A stretch of DNA of 64,000 bases from Narcine bancroftii (taxonomy: Eukaryota): positions 190,402,001 through 190,466,000 of the forward strand of contig NC_091470.1 of assembly GCF_036971445.1 (NCBI RefSeq), in the 5' to 3' direction. Every line of letters starts with the position of its first letter. The first letter of the stretch is position 1. A program made the translations under genes and the position numbers. The notes below the pieces were generated by a model. The model saw only the letters and a program-made list of their open reading frames with translations. It had not been told where the DNA came from and did no database searches. This document shows, one piece after another, positions 34,351 to 46,590 of the stretch.

Positions 34351-35849
34351 ACTAAAGTGCCGCCTCATGGTAGCAGTATGTCCTGATTTCCAGTGCTCCC
34401 CTTAACGCCAATGAAAGATGCCCAGCCCGCGCAATATGGAAGAAGGCTAGTGAGGCTCTTAACTGTAAAAGAACTTCAGATAATTGCCTTTGCCAGTACT
34501 TTGAGGGCTGATATTTACGCCCTTATGTGGACTATAACAAGTTTAAAGCACCCAAACTTCCTTGGCCTTGCATACCCGTACCCTCCAATTCTGGTCGCAG
34601 GGTAGCAAATGCCCTGATCTACCATAACTTTTAGAATAGCAGTTGCATTGAAAGTTCTACATTTGTAAACTCGCTTCCAAGACCAGTGGGTATGTGGAAC
34701 TCGAGCCTATACCTGGCTCCCAGGGAGATCGTTAATCGGTGGAAGCCCCCAGTCAAGCTACAAACAATGGACAGGGTTATCTGGCCCCATTTACGAATCT
34801 TGTTCCACTTGCAGGGTCATTCCCACTGGGGAAATCATCAGCGTGGAATCTCTGAAAGCGAAAGGTTTTAGGTGATTGCTTTTTCCCCTTATGGAGCTGC
34901 CCAAAATTCATGAGAAATCATTCACCTTACAGCAGCAACTCTGGAACAACTGGCAAATAATAAAGGTTTTTCCCTTACTCATACTCAGAGGGAGACTCCA
35001 GACATCCTCTTTGCCACACTTATGGTCCTGCATATTGACCTCCGACCCATTTCTCTGCAGCAACCGTATCACGCTGTGATGCAGTCGGCCAGGATGCTCT
35101 TGTAGAACGTCGACATGATGGTGGCTGGTAGCCTTGCCTGCTTCAGTCTTCTCAGGAAGTATGGTCACCTGACAAGTGAGGAGATGTTGTGTGCGCACCT
35201 CCAAGGAACTTGGTGCTCCCTATTCTCTCCTCTACCGAGTTATTGATGTGTAGTGGAGGATGGTCGTTCCTGGTCTTGTACAGGACACAAGGCGTGAGGG
35301 AGAAATAATTGGCAGGGAGGAGGGAATGTTAAAGAGTGAGGAAAGAATTGAGTGCAGGTAAAGAAGAGAATGGAAACATTGAAATTGGGGGTTACCTCGT
35401 TAGAAATCTCAATATTCACACTGTTAAACAGCAAAGTCGCTGTGATGTTCAGGTTTTCCAGGAGGAAAACTCAAGTTCCTGACAATTTTTTTAAATGTTG
35501 AAAAAAACATTTATTTACCATACGGTAGAAGAATATTCCGTCCATTTAAACTTGTGCTGCCCAATTACACCCCAATTAACCTATGTTTTAAAGGGAGGAG
35601 GGAAACCAGAGCCCCCGGGGAAAACCCATGCAGACGCGGGGAGAAAGTACAAACTCCACACAGCACCTGATTTGAAGCTGAGTTTCCGGTGCTGTTACAG
35701 TGTCGTGCTAACCCTGCCGCCCCAGGCTATACAAGAGGAATAGAAGTGTCTCTGTAAGGAATGGTTGGGGGAGCTGAAATGGTTTGGCAAAGCAGTCACC
35801 CAATCTTTCTCCTGTTGCCTTAAGTTCTGCTGCCCATTGTTTGTTTAAG

Positions 35850-38800
35850 GACCAACAAGATGAAGTGCCCCTGCGTTATTAAAGTCCGCCTCTCTGCAAA
35901 CGGAAACAAGTTTGTAGTTAAAGAGATGAACGAATCACATAACCACACCACGAAGCAGGTAAAAGCAGGGAACAGATCCATGCCAGGTGGAAACTTCAAA
36001 CCTGCTGTTGCTTCCAAGTGCCAGGTCAGTCTCTCATCGTGTGTGTCTTCTCACCTTTCTTTTGCAGTGAGCGTCAATTCTATTCCGTACCCACAAAATT
36101 CTACTCCCAGCACTTGGAGTGTTGAAGGTGATCAAACTCTTGTTTTGAAACTGCAGTGGGCGGGCAGTCAGGGCTGAAAATGGCGGGGGTGGTTGACACT
36201 GGATTTTTGGGCCAAAAAAGGTGGGGGTTGGTTTGCCTATTACGTGATTTTGATGATTTCATGGGTTTATACAGTCATTTCGTAAATACAAGATTTTTTC
36301 TAAAAGTACAAAAAAAGACAGAAAGTGAGGTTGTGCCCATAGGTTCATTGTTCAGAAATCTGATGTCCAAGCCCGCAAGTTTTAGAGCCCCCTTCCCCTG
36401 GGAATAATTTCAAGATAATGGTATCAGGCCCTTCTGACCCATGGGCCCGCGCTGCCCAAATATACCTATGATTAACCTACTAACCCAACATATCTTTGGA
36501 ACGTGGGAGAAAACCAGAGGACCCTGAGCAAACCCACGCAGACACGGGGGGGGGGGGGGGATGTAGAAACTCCTTACAGAAAGCACCAAATTCAAATGCT
36601 GTAATTGCATTGAGCTAAGCTCTGCACTAATTGTGCCTCCCTATCTATGCCTGTCATTTATATAAACCATGAAGGTCCCCTGAGGGGCTGAAGAAGGAAA
36701 ATATTCACTGTCTAATTCTTGGGGTAGGGAATAAGAGCTGCATTATAATTTTGATACGTTGGTTGATATAAAGTTGTTTACGCAGTGGTTGTTGGTGAAA
36801 TGTCAAAGGACCTTCTTTCTCCCTCACAGCCAACACAGATGAAGATACCATGACAAAGGCGCTCTGTCAAAGTGCTGTGTGGGGACGTTGCTTCAGATGC
36901 CTCAAAGCAGAGTAACGGAGGGTGTGTGAAGGAGGAGGTGCAGAAGGTCACCATCAAAGTTCCCAACCAGGAGGACGTCCAGAGCAAAGGGCGTACAGTC
37001 AAATGTAGCAATGTCAAGGTCCAGAGGACTGACCTGGAGATGATGGTCCCTGCGTTGGCTGCTGTTAAGGGTAGGTGTGTGGCCTCTCTCTGCTTGAGGG
37101 TCAATGAGCTCGCTTCGGACCCTATCCCACTTCTCCTGTCCCTGGATGGTGTGGACCAGCCTTTCTCACTCATGGGGCTAAATGGATAACCCCTCCCTCT
37201 TCCCCACCCTCGGACAGTATAGCATTCTAGATCAAGATAATTTGTTTGTCCACTACAGGAGAGCATGTTTCTGCTTCATTAGATCACTCTTCCAACCCCC
37301 ACCCTGGGATCATGTGCTGGTCTCATTGAATCACTCTTCCCCCACCTTCATGTAATGTGCTGGTCTCTCTTTAGATCATTCTTCCCCCCCCCCCTCTTCC
37401 CTCCCACCACACACTCCCCAACTGAACTTTCTAATAGTGTTCTGATCTCACATTGGATCACTCTTCCCCCACCCTGAGATAGTGTACCACCTTGTCACTG
37501 GAACATTCCTTCCCTCCCCCCACTGTTGAAATCTACACTGTCTGACCATCAGATCGCTGCCTCCAATACTGTAGGGATTGAGTGCTACCCGTTGCCAGAT
37601 AATATTCTCCCCTGATCCTGCACCTGTCATCCTACCTCCCTCACCACCATCCACCTTCCCTCCCCATGGCAGGGAGAGCACACTTTTCACCATTGCCTCC
37701 CCTCACCTTCAAGAACGAGCCATTTTTTTCAGATTTATTTTCAGTGCGTACATGACATCACATACAACCCTGAGATTCCTTTCTCCAGTCATCACATCAA
37801 TCACTTCGTCATTGGATCAATTCCACCACTGTCTCCCTACCACTGCCCACCATCCCAGAGACAGCGGCAGCCACTGGCAATGGATTAATTCCCCCACCAA
37901 CCAACCAGGTCATGCAATCGGTTACCGCCCCACCACCCCTCGATCACTCCACTGCCTGACCTCCTTGGCACCCCTACCCCACCCCCATGGCCATGGCCCT
38001 GTCTGGTGTTGTCCACGTGTCACCAGTCTGGGTACAGGCCCTACTGATCTTTCGACTGTAACTCGTGTGCAATGGTTTCATGTCTTTGCAGCTTTACTCT
38101 GAGTCTTATCCTGACTCCCTGTTTTGGGGCAGGGCAGAGGGAGTTTTACTCACATCTCTGTCTCTACCCTGGACGTATGCGACAGGCAGTGCAGGGGGAG
38201 GTACACTCAGTGCGTAACCTGTGCTGGCTGTGTCCTAGGCAGGTAGAAGGCAGATGGAGTTTTACTCTAGGTAAAACCCATTTTCCCTCTACCCTGGGAA
38301 TGTGTGACAGGTAATGTAGAGGGATCTCTACTCTGAATTTGACCTGTGTTATGTCTAATCTGGGAGAATGTGACAGTGTAAAGGGAGCTTCACTCTGTAT
38401 CTAACCCATGCTGTCCCTGCCCTGGGAGTGCGTGATGGGACAGTGTAGACTGTAGAGGGAGCTTCACCCTGTATCTAATCCACATTGCCCCTGTCCTGAG
38501 AGTGGCACTCTCAAGAGAGCCATACTCCCTATCCAACTCATACCGTCCCTTCCTTGGGCCGTGGGTTACGAGACAGAACCAAGAGACCAGCCTGTGGTGT
38601 TTTCTCTCCAGGAAATACGCTGCTGCTCTTTCCCGTGATAAGCACCACCCCACCCCCCACCCATGGTTCCCTGGATGCTGTGCAATTCCCACCCGTCTGT
38701 TGGGATTTGAGTCTCCTGATGCTTGAGGAAGTGGCTGTAACTCCACGGAAGAGTCTTGACCGTGTTTCCCACGTTTGTTTGCAGATAGCATAGGAGTGGT

Positions 38801-41800
38801 GGTGGTCAGCAATGTCAACATGCTGCAGGCCATCTACTACCAGGACTGCGGCATGAAGCAGGCCTTCGAGAGTTTCCCCGAGATGCTGCTGCTGGACACT
38901 GCCTGCAGTTGGGAGGATCTGCGGCTGCATAGCTACCTGCTACTGGCGATCAACAGCAATGGGGAGAGTGAGATGGTGTGTCTGTGGTTCCTGCAGAAAC
39001 TGCACTACGAGACCTTCCGGCACCTGTTGCGCCTGTTTGCACGGAATAATCCGGCCTCCAAGCAGACACGGGTGGTGGTGAGCAGCAACGAGGCTTGTGG
39101 CGGGGAACTGGAGTCCTATGCCTTGCCCGATACCAAGTTGCTCACCTGCCTTGCCCACACCCTGCGCATCTTCCAATGGGATGTGACCACTGAGAAGCTA
39201 CAAATCAGCGATGGGTAACGGTCAGTTCTGCCACCGATCCTGTCTCCAGTCTGGGAGGGGGTGGGATGGAGATGGATGGGGCTTAAGATTGGAGGGGAGA
39301 GTGAGGATAGGGGTTGGGGGTGAGGGGAGTGGGTGTATGGGGGGAGGGCGTCATGGGGTATGGAGAAGCAGGGTACAGAAGAGCAGGATGAGGGACGAGG
39401 TATGGGAGGGAGCATGAAAGGGGGTGAGAGGAAGGGGTATGGGAAAACAGGATGAGGGTAGGGCAGGGGGTGAAGGGACACGGTTATGGGTGGAGGAGGA
39501 ATGGGGTAGGGGTGGGTGAGGGTGAAGGGACAGGAGAGAGTGTATGGGGAGAGGGGTTGAAGGGGTGAAGGGACAGGGTGGGGAGGAGGATGCGTGGGGA
39601 AACGTGGGATAGTGTGTGGGGAGATTTTGGAGGGTGGTGGGCATATATTGGGGGGAAAGGGGAATAGATGGTGTGGGGGAGAAGGGGTACAGGAGAGATG
39701 TTTGGAGGGGGAGGCGACAGTGGAAAGTGAGGGGGTTGGGGGTTTTAGGAGTGGGTGGGAGGAGAAGATACCAGTGCAGGTAGTGGGAGGGGATGAGGGA
39801 ATGCATAATCTACCACTCCCCCATGTCCCCTTCTCCTCCCACCCACTGAAGATCCCTTCGCTCCCCACTGAAGGCCCAACTAAACCCCCTCTCCATCCAG
39901 CTACTGAAGGCCCCTCCACCTACCTAATAAATTCCTCTTCACCTACCCCTCCCCACTGGATTCCTTCAACCCCCATCCACTGGTCACCCCCCCCCACACA
40001 ACTCCCTTCACTGAAGACCTTTATCCCCTCCTCCTAAGATCACCCCCACACTGAAGACCCCCTCTCTGCCCCCTCGCTGAAGACCCCTTCATCGCCCCCT
40101 GACTGAATCCTCCCCACCACATTTCACTGAACCCCCACATCACCACTGAAGACCTTTTCTCCCATGTTAAAGCTTGTTTCTTCGCTCATACGTTCTGGCC
40201 CCGTTTATCCGTGTCCTTGTTCTGAGCCCGGTTTCCTTTTTTCCCTCCGCAGGGACCAGATCCTACAGACCCTCCACAGCATGTGCTATGCAAGCTTGGC
40301 CGAGGAGTACGACCTTCTGTACCGCCAGCTGCTGGACACCAAGGTGCAGGAAGCTGTCGATGACTTCAACACGACCTGGCACGGCTCCCGTCTCCAGTGG
40401 GTGGAGGGCCTGAAGCACGAGAACGAGAGCTACCTGACCAGTACTGTCCACTGGGTTCAGGCCCTGAGTCGGAGGCTGAGGGATGGGGTCGGCGAATTCT
40501 CTGACTCCACCTCCTTCACCCGGGGTCTCCTGAAAGCCCTCGACTCTCTGTGGGCCGAGCACGACGATCGACGATCTGGAACCCGACCCCGTCTCTGCGG
40601 CCTACCGCCCGCTACTCACTCACTTTGCCCTCTGCCAGGTGCAGAAGGAGCTGGAAGCGGCGGAGGGAGTGTGCCTCGCCGAGAGAGCGTGGCCTGTCGC
40701 TAGGAGGCGGGCGATCGTCACAGGCCTGGCCGACTGCCAGTGCGCCTTCCGCACCTCCATGAAGCTGCCCTGCCGTCACATCCTGGCCTTCTGCCAGCTG
40801 AAGGAGTCTGACCTTTTCCAGCCCTGGCTCTGCGCTGGCTGCTGGACCCGGAAGTACCTCCTCATCCACCACCCGGCCCCCTCGAGCAGTTGCCTGCCCG
40901 CCGCTGGCTCCCTTCACCAGCAGCTGCGTCGCCCAAGCAACAGGTGAGGCAGCAGCAGGAACGATACCGACAAGCCTACAAGGTGGCTCACCGACTCTTC
41001 TCTCTCGCTGCCTGGTGCCTGGATGAGGAGTTTGACAGGTGCTTGACGGTCATGACAGCGGTCACCAACATCTGGGCCAGTGGTGGCCAGGTAGAAGTCA
41101 CCGAAACTAATGGTTGGTAGACATACAACCTCATAGAATCAGTCAAAATATAAATTAGTAATGGGAGAGGGAGGAGGGCAGACATGGCAGAACTAAAGCA
41201 GTGAGCAATGGGTCTTTGTCATAGGATGTTGGAGTCTACTTATTCCACAACCATCTAAATCTTTCCCACTTCACACCCATTCTTCTTGCATTCATGTGCC
41301 AACCAGAGTCTTTTGAATGTCCCCACTGTACCTGCCTTCAACAACCCCCCTCCCCCCCTGCAATGCTTTCCAGACACCCACCACTCTGTGAATAAAAGTA
41401 AGCTTACCTCTAACATCTCCCCAGAACTTGCATCCACTCACCTTAAACAGAGGGAGTCTAGTATTTGCTATTGTCGCCCCTGGGAAAATGTGCTGGATGT
41501 CCAGTCCCTCATAATCCTATACACCTCTATACCCCCATCGCTGCAAAGAGAAAAGCACGAGCTCTGTCAACCTTGGGTCATGTGACATGTTCTCCAATCT
41601 GGGAAATACCCTGGAAAATCTCCTTCGTGTGCTCTCCAAAGCATCTACATCCTTCCTGTAATGACCAGAACTGACCACAATTCACCAGTATAACACCACA
41701 ACTCCTCTGTCAGATTTTGGATCTCAGTTTTACACCACAACTCCCATAGTCAGGAGTACTTGTGTGTTCTCTGACAGATTATTGAGAGTCTTTTCTAATG

Positions 41801-42529
41801 CCTTAGACCAACCATTCACAAAGGGGGACCTACGACCCCTCCTGAGGGCCACCACACATTCAAGTTAAAGTCTTGTTTTCTTTTCACCTCCTGTTACACA
41901 AATTTGTCAATGGTTTTTTTTGTGTCGTTGGTACGAGAGAAGTGCAGAAGAAACCAAAACTTGACTGCTTCTCTGCGAAGGGGCCCATAAACTTTAAGCA
42001 GAGTCCTATGTGGGTGCCTTAGACCAGAAATCATTGGAGCAGAATGAGGCCATTCGCCCCATCAAGTCCTCCCCACCATTCCATTTTGCTTGATTTACTC
42101 TATTTTTCAACCCCATTCTCCTGCCTTCTCTCCAAAACCCTTGATTCCCTTACTGATCAGGAAGATGTCTACCTCTGCCTTAAATATCCCTAATGACGGA
42201 CTCCACAGATTTCTGTGGCGGAGAATTCCACAGATTCACCATCCTCTTGAAGAAATTCTTCCTCATCTCAGCTCTAAAGGGACCTTTTTGTATTCTGAGC
42301 CTGTGCCCTCTGGTCCCAGACTCCCCCACCACAGGAAACATCCTCTCACACATGCACTTTATCCAGGCCTTTCAGTATTCAATAAGTTTATCTTCCAAAA
42401 TTAAAATTAAAAAACAGGCCTGTAAATTATTATTAAATTAGCTTAAAACCTGTAGACTTTCTCTCATTTACAGACCTTCTGCATGATGGAGATGAAGATT
42501 TGCTGATCATAATTACTATTTTAAATTAG
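35850..42529 (+). pseudogene. spliced MULE-transposase-derived SWIM zinc finger gene (ZSWIM3/ZSWIM1-like), disrupted; 5' exons not identified
   Basis: GT-AG exons with compatible phases: 35850-35958 (KCPCVIKVRLS...ESHNH), 36830-37070, 38785-39214 (FPEMLLLD...CLAH), 40253-41112 (SWIM CQCAFRTSMKLPCRH) and possibly 42474-42529. TGA at 36851 and frameshifts near 40570 and 40920. Confidence 0.82.
38000..38500. repeat. degenerate ~60-65-bp minisatellite (GGGAGCTTCACTCTGTATCTAACCC.TGCTGTCCCTGCCCTGGGAGTG.GTGATGGGACAGTGTAGA)
   Basis: About 7 diverged units are visible inside an intron. Confidence 0.75.
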
Positions 42530-43510
42530 CACAAAAAGGTAACAACAAATTGGTGCACTGTGTATATTGCTGTGTCTGAGTGGCTGGCCCGCCCCCGATG
42601 ACTTGCTCCCCAGTGGCTCCTCCCCTTGTGGCCTGGCCATAAAGGTCGACCTCCCTCCCCCCCCCCCGCCCCCCATCCATTCATTCGAGCATGTGGAGTT
42701 GGGGCCAGTTCCAGTCTAAAGTGCATTAAAGCCTATCGTCTCCCTCTCAGTCTTTGGAGTTATTGATCAAGCGAATCATGGAAGGTATCAATTGATTTAA
42801 GCGAAAGAAAATAGAAGCATAAATTTTAAATGGTGTGGACATGTAAACATTTGCAAAATATAAGGTAACAAATCCAGCAAATATTAATGCTAGTTTTCGA
42901 TAAATGTGGTCATCATTTTGTGTCCTCCATTTGTTTTTTTTAATGATACAGCATGGTAGAAAGCCCTTCTGGCCCACGAACCCTATGCCACCCAATTAAC
43001 CTACTGACCCCGTACATTTCTGGTTGTGAGTTCGCGTGTTTTGCCCCGAACACCGGAGAACGCTGTGTCCTTGGGTTGTACCTGTACAATCAGGTGACAA
43101 TGAACTTGAACTTGAAGCCCCTACAGAAAATCCACGCAGATCACAGGGAGAACGTACAAATTCCTTACAAATAGTGCTGGGATTGAACTTATTAAAGTCT
43201 CCTTTTTCAGTGCTGAATGTCAAAAATTCAGATTTTTCTGACTGAGAGAATTAGTGCCTGGACAAGGTTCTTACCATATGTACTCATATACACTTGACCC
43301 CACCCCCCCAGCTTTTTCTTGGCCCAAAATTTGTATATTTTTCCATCTATCCTTAGTCATGGTCGACGCAGCCCCCTTCCTTTTTTTTGGTGCACATTTA
43401 ACGAGTAGAAGAGAACAGAAGGTACACAAATTGGTGTTAATCAAAAATCTGAGTGAGAAGGCTGATTTTAAAGTAGAAAAACACAGGAATTTCTAAGGTT
43501 AGAACCTCAC

Positions 43511-45280
43511 CATCAAAAAAACATTGCATATCCCTGTGGTTTCCCCAGCTCGCAGGTACAGATGACATGGGAGTCTGATCACTGCAGAAATTCTTCTTGG
43601 AAAAGCAGCGGTTTCTCATTATGTCACGGGTTGGGGGGGGGGGGGGTGCTCAGAGAAAAATGCCACAATACAATTTCCAATAATACTGAGACACATCACC
43701 TGCACAGGCACAAGGAAACACAAAGTGGAAAAAAAAGTGTTGGTTTATTTACCTTCCCCACCCCCAAACTGAGGGGGAATGAATTTTATTCTGCGTCTCA
43801 TATTTTTGGGTAGTCGTTTATAATCCTGTTAGGGCGAATTGCTATAATTCGGATACCTGTAATGACAAGGTTAGAAAATAGAACAGCACAATGCAGTAGG
43901 GGCCATTCGGCCCACAATGACGTGCTGAACTCCATACCATGATCAATCCTTCCCAGCCTCACAATGCTTCAACTATTTTTCTCATGACAGCCCCATGTAA
44001 CCAGCTACCAACTACCATATATACAAGTATAATGATACTGTGTAAAGTCAACCACCAATTCTCACCTAAGCCATCCACAGACCCTCGCTCAGCTGCCGCC
44101 CTTTTCACCAGAGCTCCTGACAGCTGGACTGTGGATCCTCGCCTCAGCTGCCCACTCACTGGAGCTCCTGTCGACCCGACTGCGGATCCTCGCCTCAGCT
44201 GCTCCCCCAACCAAACTACTGATGCCCCAACCACGAATCCTCCCCCCCCCCCCCAGCCACCAGAGCTCCCTATGCCTTGACCGCACACCCATCTGAGGAC
44301 TCCCACCGCCCCGACTGCAGATCATTTTCCTGGGCACCCACTCATCAAAGCTCGCAATGCCTAGAACGACACAGGTACTTACTGTGGTCAAAAGTAGAAA
44401 TGCATGAAATGGTCGCCCCCCCCCCCCCCTAAATTTTGCCATTACCATATATAAAACGTGCACGCGCATACAACATGCAGAAAAATCATAAATTATGTAA
44501 AAATATACTCAAATAGTGTCACATGCATATACCACGTGGGTGTAATACTTTACATTCTGACCCATAAGAGCAATTTGCATTTGCTTAGGACATGAGACAC
44601 TATCTGCCACAGTTAATCTTCCACGATTTACACCCATTCAGAGGTGTCAATTGCCCATTATATGGATGATATCCTCCAGCAACACACGTTGGAAAAGATT
44701 CAGTTAAATTGATCGAAGACAAGCTTCAGAGTTGAGCAGGATTTTAATTCCATCGTGATTTAAAAAGCCTTTCTTGAAAAGAAACATAGCTTGTTAAAAA
44801 ATGCATGCAATTGAGAGATGAATGGATTGATTTGATGCAATGAAGATGATTCAACTGATGCCCTCAGGGCACAGGCCTGGGCAATTAACATTTATATACA
44901 ACCTCTGTGATAATTTCCCATCCACAGTTTTCACTTACCTTCCAGAGTGGCCATTCACACTGGAAGGACGTTCCCACTAAATATCCAAGTTGCAGTAATT
45001 TCATAGGCTGGACATGGGTCGATGTTGACCATAACGTTGACTCTGCGTGCGACATACAGCCCATTCCTAGTTTAGACAGCAGGCAGTCTGCAATCATGCC
45101 TAGGCTGCCTCAGGAAAACATTTCGGAATGGGAATGAGTCACTCATTCCGTTCTGAACTTTTTACACAGCCTGCGTTGTGGGAACTTTGCTATAATTTCC
45201 CGTTACGCAGCGACTATTTAAAAACCATAATTGTGCAGTGCCTTCGCCAGAATATCCTGTTTCTCGGAATACCATGGCAC
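43511..45280 (-). pseudogene. two decayed exons of an unrecognised protein (~45280-44939 and 43699-43511)
   Basis: Donor GAAG|GTAAGT at 44939, acceptor TGCCTGTGCAG| at 43699, donor ATG|GTGAGG at 43511. Phases are compatible and the second exon is a symmetric 189 bp. Four in-frame stops in total. Confidence 0.45.
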
Positions 45281-45429
45281 TCAGGGCAGAGACCAATATC
45301 AAAACTTTAATATTTTCTTTTTATATGTACCCAATTCCCACGCCCGCTATAAATTTTGTGTGTTCTTTCATTCCCGTTATTACTGTCCTACACCCACTAC
45401 AAGTGGAGGAAAAATGTGACCGGATAGAA

Positions 45430-46590
45430 TTTAATATTCAAAACACAGAGAAGCTGGAGGAACTCAGCCGGTCTCGCACCCCCGTCTATGGCGTCTATGT
45501 TACCGATATTTCGGACCTAAGCCCTTCTTCAAGGTAAAAGCAAAAAGAAAAGGGTAACCCGTGTTGCGGGGACTGAGCCTTTTTGTCGAGGTGTGAGCAC
45601 AAAGCAGGCAGACGGCCGAATAAAAAAAGGTTGAAGACCAGGTCACAGGAGAGAGGGAGGAAGAGAAGAAAAAAAAAGCTGAGGAGTGATGGGGAGGAGG
45701 TAGCTCTGAATGGAGAGGGAGGGGAGCGATGAACTGGAGGAATGGAGATAGAGGGGACAGGGAAGGAGAGGCTCGGGAGGAGGGTTTCATGAAAACTGAA
45801 GTCAAAGTTATTGCAATACACAAAAGTGCTGGAGAAACTCGGCAGGTCAAGGAATGAGCAAAATACGAATACGGGCGGCTGTGTTGAAGGCTGAGGGGGG
45901 AAAGGGGAAGAATGTGAGGGGGAGGAGTGCAGACCAACAGACAAAGGGAGTTAATTGGATCTGGTCAGTGGACAAGAGAGAGGAAAGGTGAGAATTAATT
46001 TTGGCTCTATGAAAGAAGACAGAAAGTAGGGGGGAGAGAGGGAGAGAGCTGGAGGAAAGAAGACATGGGGGAAATTGAAGGTGGGTTTCTAACAGAAACC
46101 GGAGAAGTCGACGTTAATGCCATCCGGTTGGAGGGGGCCCAGATGGAAGATGAGGTGCTGTCCCTCCAATTTGCAGGTGGTCTCAGTCTGGCAGAGCATG
46201 AGGCCACAGAGACATGTCAGCAAGGGAATGGGATGGGGAATTGAAATGGGTGGCCACAGGGACAACTGCACTATTGCATGGACAGAGCAGAGGCGCTCAA
46301 TGAAGCCATCTCCTAGTCTGTGTCCAGTGTCTCCGACATAGTGGAGACCACAGTGGGATGCAGGAGGTGACTCCTGTAGATTCACATGATGATGAGGGAG
46401 GAGGTGTGGGCACATCTCCTGCACTCACAGGGCTAGGTGCCAAGGGGGAGATAGGCAAGGAGTGAGGAGTGGACGAGAAAGTCACGTAGGTAGAGGGAAA
46501 TGTGTGTCTACTGATGGGATCTGGTGGTGTAGGTGCCGGAGGAGGATATGTTGGACCCGGGGGCTGATGGGGTGGAAGGTGAGAACAGAT
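45430..46590 (-). mobile_element. Penelope-like element remnant(s) with pseudo-LTRs
   Basis: CGLHYVGDTGHRLGDGFIERL...LEGQHLIFHLGPLQPDGINVDFSGF. Confidence 0.85.
45500..45537 (-). ncRNA. minimal type I hammerhead ribozyme motif (C3U variant) in a Penelope pseudo-LTR
   Basis: Minus strand TTACC-TTGAAGA-A-GGGCT TA GGTCC-GAAA-TA-TC-GGTAA gives a 5-bp stem I, core UUGAAGA, stem II, GAAA, a palindromic stem III and an AUC cleavage triplet. Confidence 0.65.

Larger units (their letters stand above)
31820..34960 (+). mobile_element. old ERV remnant (integrase plus env fragments), split by a MITE, a SINE and an RTE
   Basis: AQECVICQQNNPG (IN zinc finger), LKNKLTKLSAETGWNWVK, GDCVLIRTW...WEGPVQVLLTTPTAVKVEG, and env DHCWVCT|KVPPH and RGISESERF motifs. 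Confidence 0.75.

Noticed and set aside
39116-40037. Pro-rich and Gly-rich ORFs (267, 151, 147 aa)
   Set aside because: They are low-complexity intronic purine/pyrimidine tracts.
44690-44880. TRIM coiled-coil-like peptide (RVEQDFNSI...AFLEKKHSLL) on the plus strand
   Set aside because: It is on the wrong strand for the TRIM exon, has many stops, and the similarity is too weak to call without a search. An inverted exon remains possible.
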